Source: Lama glama
Lineage: Eukaryota
Length of the DNA: 64,000 bases
Assembly: GCA_028534125.1 (NCBI GenBank)
Contig: CM052818.1
Coordinates: 10,542,001 to 10,606,000, forward strand
Direction of reading: 5' to 3'
Of this stretch, positions 61,086 through 64,000 are shown piece by piece; position 1 is the stretch's first letter, and each line of letters starts with the position of its first letter. The position numbers and the translations under genes were made by a program. The notes beneath the pieces were generated by a model. That model worked only from the letters and a program-made list of their open reading frames with translations. It was not told where the DNA came from and did no database searches.

Positions 61086-63394
61086 AAGGGCTCTGCGTAA
61101 GTGAGAGAGCTTATACCAAAAAAAAAGCTTATACCCAAAGCACACACTCCTCCTTCCAGAAAGGAAATACTAACTTGATTTTCATTTAGAAAGAGACCTA
61201 TAGTTGCAAGCTACCAACCCCATTTGTTGTTGCAAAGCCATTCATATATGACGCATATATCTGAATGTGATTTTTTTGGTGAACTTTAATTTTGTAGTTA
61301 AAAAAAAAAAAAGAAGGTATTGGCAACTGGAGACGCAGTCTGCCGGTTAGTGACTTGTTCTGCATTTTGGGGAGGGAAAGAGAGTGATGATCTCATTAGG
61401 CTCCTGGGTGGGCCAAATTTTCCTAATTACATGGAAATCAGAGGCAGCCCCGAGACTGGTATCTTACCTGCTCGGAGTAAACACTCCCCCGCTGTCACTA
61501 ATGTCCTATAAATCATGTTAAAGAGAAGCATAATTAACATTTTTGATCAAATCAAGCTTCAAAGTCATGAGGTGACTGGGAGAATAAAGCCACATTTCAG
61601 CATCCGCAGTGAATAGATTCTCCACAGAAGGCTTAGGATGGATCTGTAGCCCCCTCACTCACTCACCCTCCCGCCCCTTGCACACCCCCACGAGGTAAAG
61701 GGAGATGGGTGAGGAAATCCTTAGCGACACACCACATGCGGTTCTGTGGATCTAAGCTTGTGAAGAGGCAAAGGACGTGGGGTGCAGAGAGGGAGAAGCA
61801 ACCCTGTGTCTGAGAAGAATGAGCAACTTAATTTTTTTAGGCTGGTGAGAGCAGATCCGTTCTGTGCATGGCCAAATTGGTTCTGCTTGTCTGTCAAACC
61901 ATTTAAAGAGGACTTTATTCCTGCTTAAAGGACAGGTGGCTTTGCACAAATTATTTCCATCTTCACTTTTTATGTATCTTGAGAAAATTTCCATCCAGTT
62001 GCCAAAGGCTAATTAGAACTCAAGCTTGTCTGGAGGTGGGTGCCCAAGTGGAATAGTTGAAATCTATCTCAAAGATTTCTAGCCGGCAGCACAACATCCA
62101 TATAGAACCCTGGAACTCCTGTCGTGGGAGATGGTGCTTTCTTTTCTTTCAATGACAGAAGAGACTTTAGTTGCAAGTTTCCCTAGAGGCTACTGGTAAA
62201 CTTGCATTCATACCAAGGAATAAGCAGTTGATTAGTACAGCCTTGGTAAAGGGAGTAAACACCGAGTGGAGAGAGAAGGAGCTCTGGCTGCCCAACCAGA
62301 CCAGTAAAAGGAAGGAGAGAGAAGTGGAATAGAGGAGGTCATAGGACAAGTAATCCTCTTCCTACACATCACAGTTTTGATGTGGGTTTGGCTCTGGCTC
62401 TGAAAAAGTCTCAGTAAGGGTCAATGACAACAAAAACAGACGTGGTAATGGAGAAACACCCATCACCCCCACAGCACGTCCAGTGTAACTGAAGAAAGAA
62501 ACCTAACTTCATTCCCTGCATTGGCCTGGGTACCCAGGGAGGAACATGCCCTGGCAGCATGGGATGCCAGGAGCCTGGGATTAGGGTCTGTGGCTCCTGC
62601 ATTCCTGCTGGTTCCTCCTGTAAACACAGTATGTGGGTGTGCCTCCTCCTAATATACTGTCAGTCAGTGCTGGCTTCTGCACTGGGTTGGGGTAGAGCCT
62701 CTGAGAGGAAGTGATCATTACCATTTCCTGTTCCATTGGCTGGGTGTGCGTGGGGACGGGGGAAGAGGCAGGAGGGGTGTGCCTGGTGCTAGGTTACTCT
62801 AAGACTGCTTATTTAAATATATATATACAATATTAAGAGTTCAGGAACTGTGTGTACTCCAGAAAAGTAATAGTTTTTCTACAAGGGTAGGGTAGATTAC
62901 ATTGATTTTTAAGGTATACTCATAGGGACCATAGATTCTGGGTTTTTGGAGTCTGTGTCAATTTTAAAGTTTCAAATTTTGTGTTTAATGATATAGGGGT
63001 GTGTGTGTGTGTGTATGTTTTGATGAAGTGTATGTTTCTAGTTATATAACTATTTTTTTCAAGAAAGTCACTTTTTAATAACAAGAACTGAGTGGTTTAA
63101 ATGTTGTAACTTGGAAAGCCTCTTTATAAAATGAATTCACAAACTAGGAAAAAAATTCTTTATTAGATCCCGAGTTCTAAATTATGACTTAGGAGATATG
63201 GTCACTAGAGATACGGATACTGCTCTTCTTTCTTGGGTCTAAATGCCTAGAAAATGAACGGCTTAAAAAGATAATTCCAGCCAAACTGGTTATTTGGCTG
63301 CTTGGAAAGACCAGATCCTACTCCACTCTTACTTGTATCCTATACAGAAAGCCCACCATAGTTTTACTCTTTTCTTTCATTTTGCTTTATGCTG

Positions 63395-63520
63395 GTTTTT
63401 TGGGGGGAGGGAGATGATTACATTTATTTATTTATTTATTTTAACGGAGGTACTGGGAATTGAACCCAGGACCTCGTGCATGCTAAGCACACACTCTACC
63501 ACTGAGCTGTACCCTCCCTC
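63395..63520 (-). mobile_element. tRNA-derived SINE, Vic-1 type (camelid)
   Basis: Minus strand reads GAGGGAGGGTACAGCTCAGTGGTAGAG...CTTAGCATGCACGAGGTCCTGGGTTCAATTCCCAGTACCTCC, then (TAAA)n, a C-run and an A-tail. Pol III A and B boxes are present. Target-site duplication is TTGCTTTATGCTG (63382-63394) / TTGCTTTATGTTG (63521-63533). Confidence 0.88.
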
Positions 63521-63834
63521 TTGCTTTATGTTGTTTCACTTTGCTGAATTCAAACAAACTGATCTGTGCTTAAAACAAATGAGAGAAATACAGTTTGAAT
63601 TGTTCTGAGAAAAAAAAGTATCTATTTCCTCTTTTTTAAGAATTCTGTTAACTTGAACTTATATTATTGCACAGAAGCTGCAGTCCATGCAAATCTTCCT
63701 TGGAATCCTTAGAATTTTTCCAAATGTTATGCTTTCAAGAAATTGCTGGATCAGTTTGATCATCTCTGCCCCCAAAGAGGAAAAGCTCATTCAAATTGAT
63801 GATTTGACCAAGTTTTTATCTAAATTGGCCAATG

Positions 63835-64000
63835 GTCTTTAATCAGATTTCACCCTCTCAGAGAGGTCTTTACTGACCATCACATTTAAAATTGCATAAC
63901 AACTCCCCCCCGCACACATTTTCCTCCCCCTTTTCTGTGCTTTATTTGTCCTCAAGGGACGTACCACCATCTGACCTACTACATATTTTTATTATTGGTT
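63835..64000 (+). mobile_element. L2a 3' region (cut by window edge)
   Basis: 'ctcagagaggtctttactgaccatcacatttaaaattgca...tgctttattt...taccaccatctgac'. Confidence 0.75.

Noticed and set aside
63445..63518. tRNA gene on the minus strand
   Set aside because: The tRNA-like head is followed by a SINE tail and flanked by a target-site duplication, so it is a SINE.
1..64000. A novel multi-gene biological system, or a named host gene
   Set aside because: No coding exons, operon-like structure or unexplained large-scale periodicity were found. The locus cannot be named from sequence alone without mapping.

Overview
This window is eutherian mammalian non-coding DNA (intergenic or deep intronic), most likely camelid: the only young SINE recognised is a tRNA-derived Vic-1-type element at about 63395-63520, and no Alu, Bov-tA, PRE-1 or SINEC copies were recognised. 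I found no protein-coding exon, RNA gene, CRISPR array or prokaryotic-type system. The listed ORFs are chance ORFs, microsatellite read-throughs or decayed LINE ORF2 fragments. The recognisable content is mostly ancient repeats: MIR, L2, old L1M, MLT1/LTR16/LTR33 solo LTRs, and MER58A/MER53/MER104 DNA-transposon relics. The most interesting signals are (i) a strikingly intact amniote-type CORE-SINE tail at 12249-12358, (ii) a readable CR1/L3 reverse-transcriptase C-terminal relic at about 46905-47500, both candidates for exapted conserved elements, and (iii) repeat-poor, motif-rich unique blocks that look like developmental enhancers. Repeat names were assigned by eye from remembered consensus sequences. 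Boundaries are approximate and subfamily calls need RepeatMasker/Dfam confirmation. I see no evidence of a new biological system beyond candidate cis-regulatory elements.
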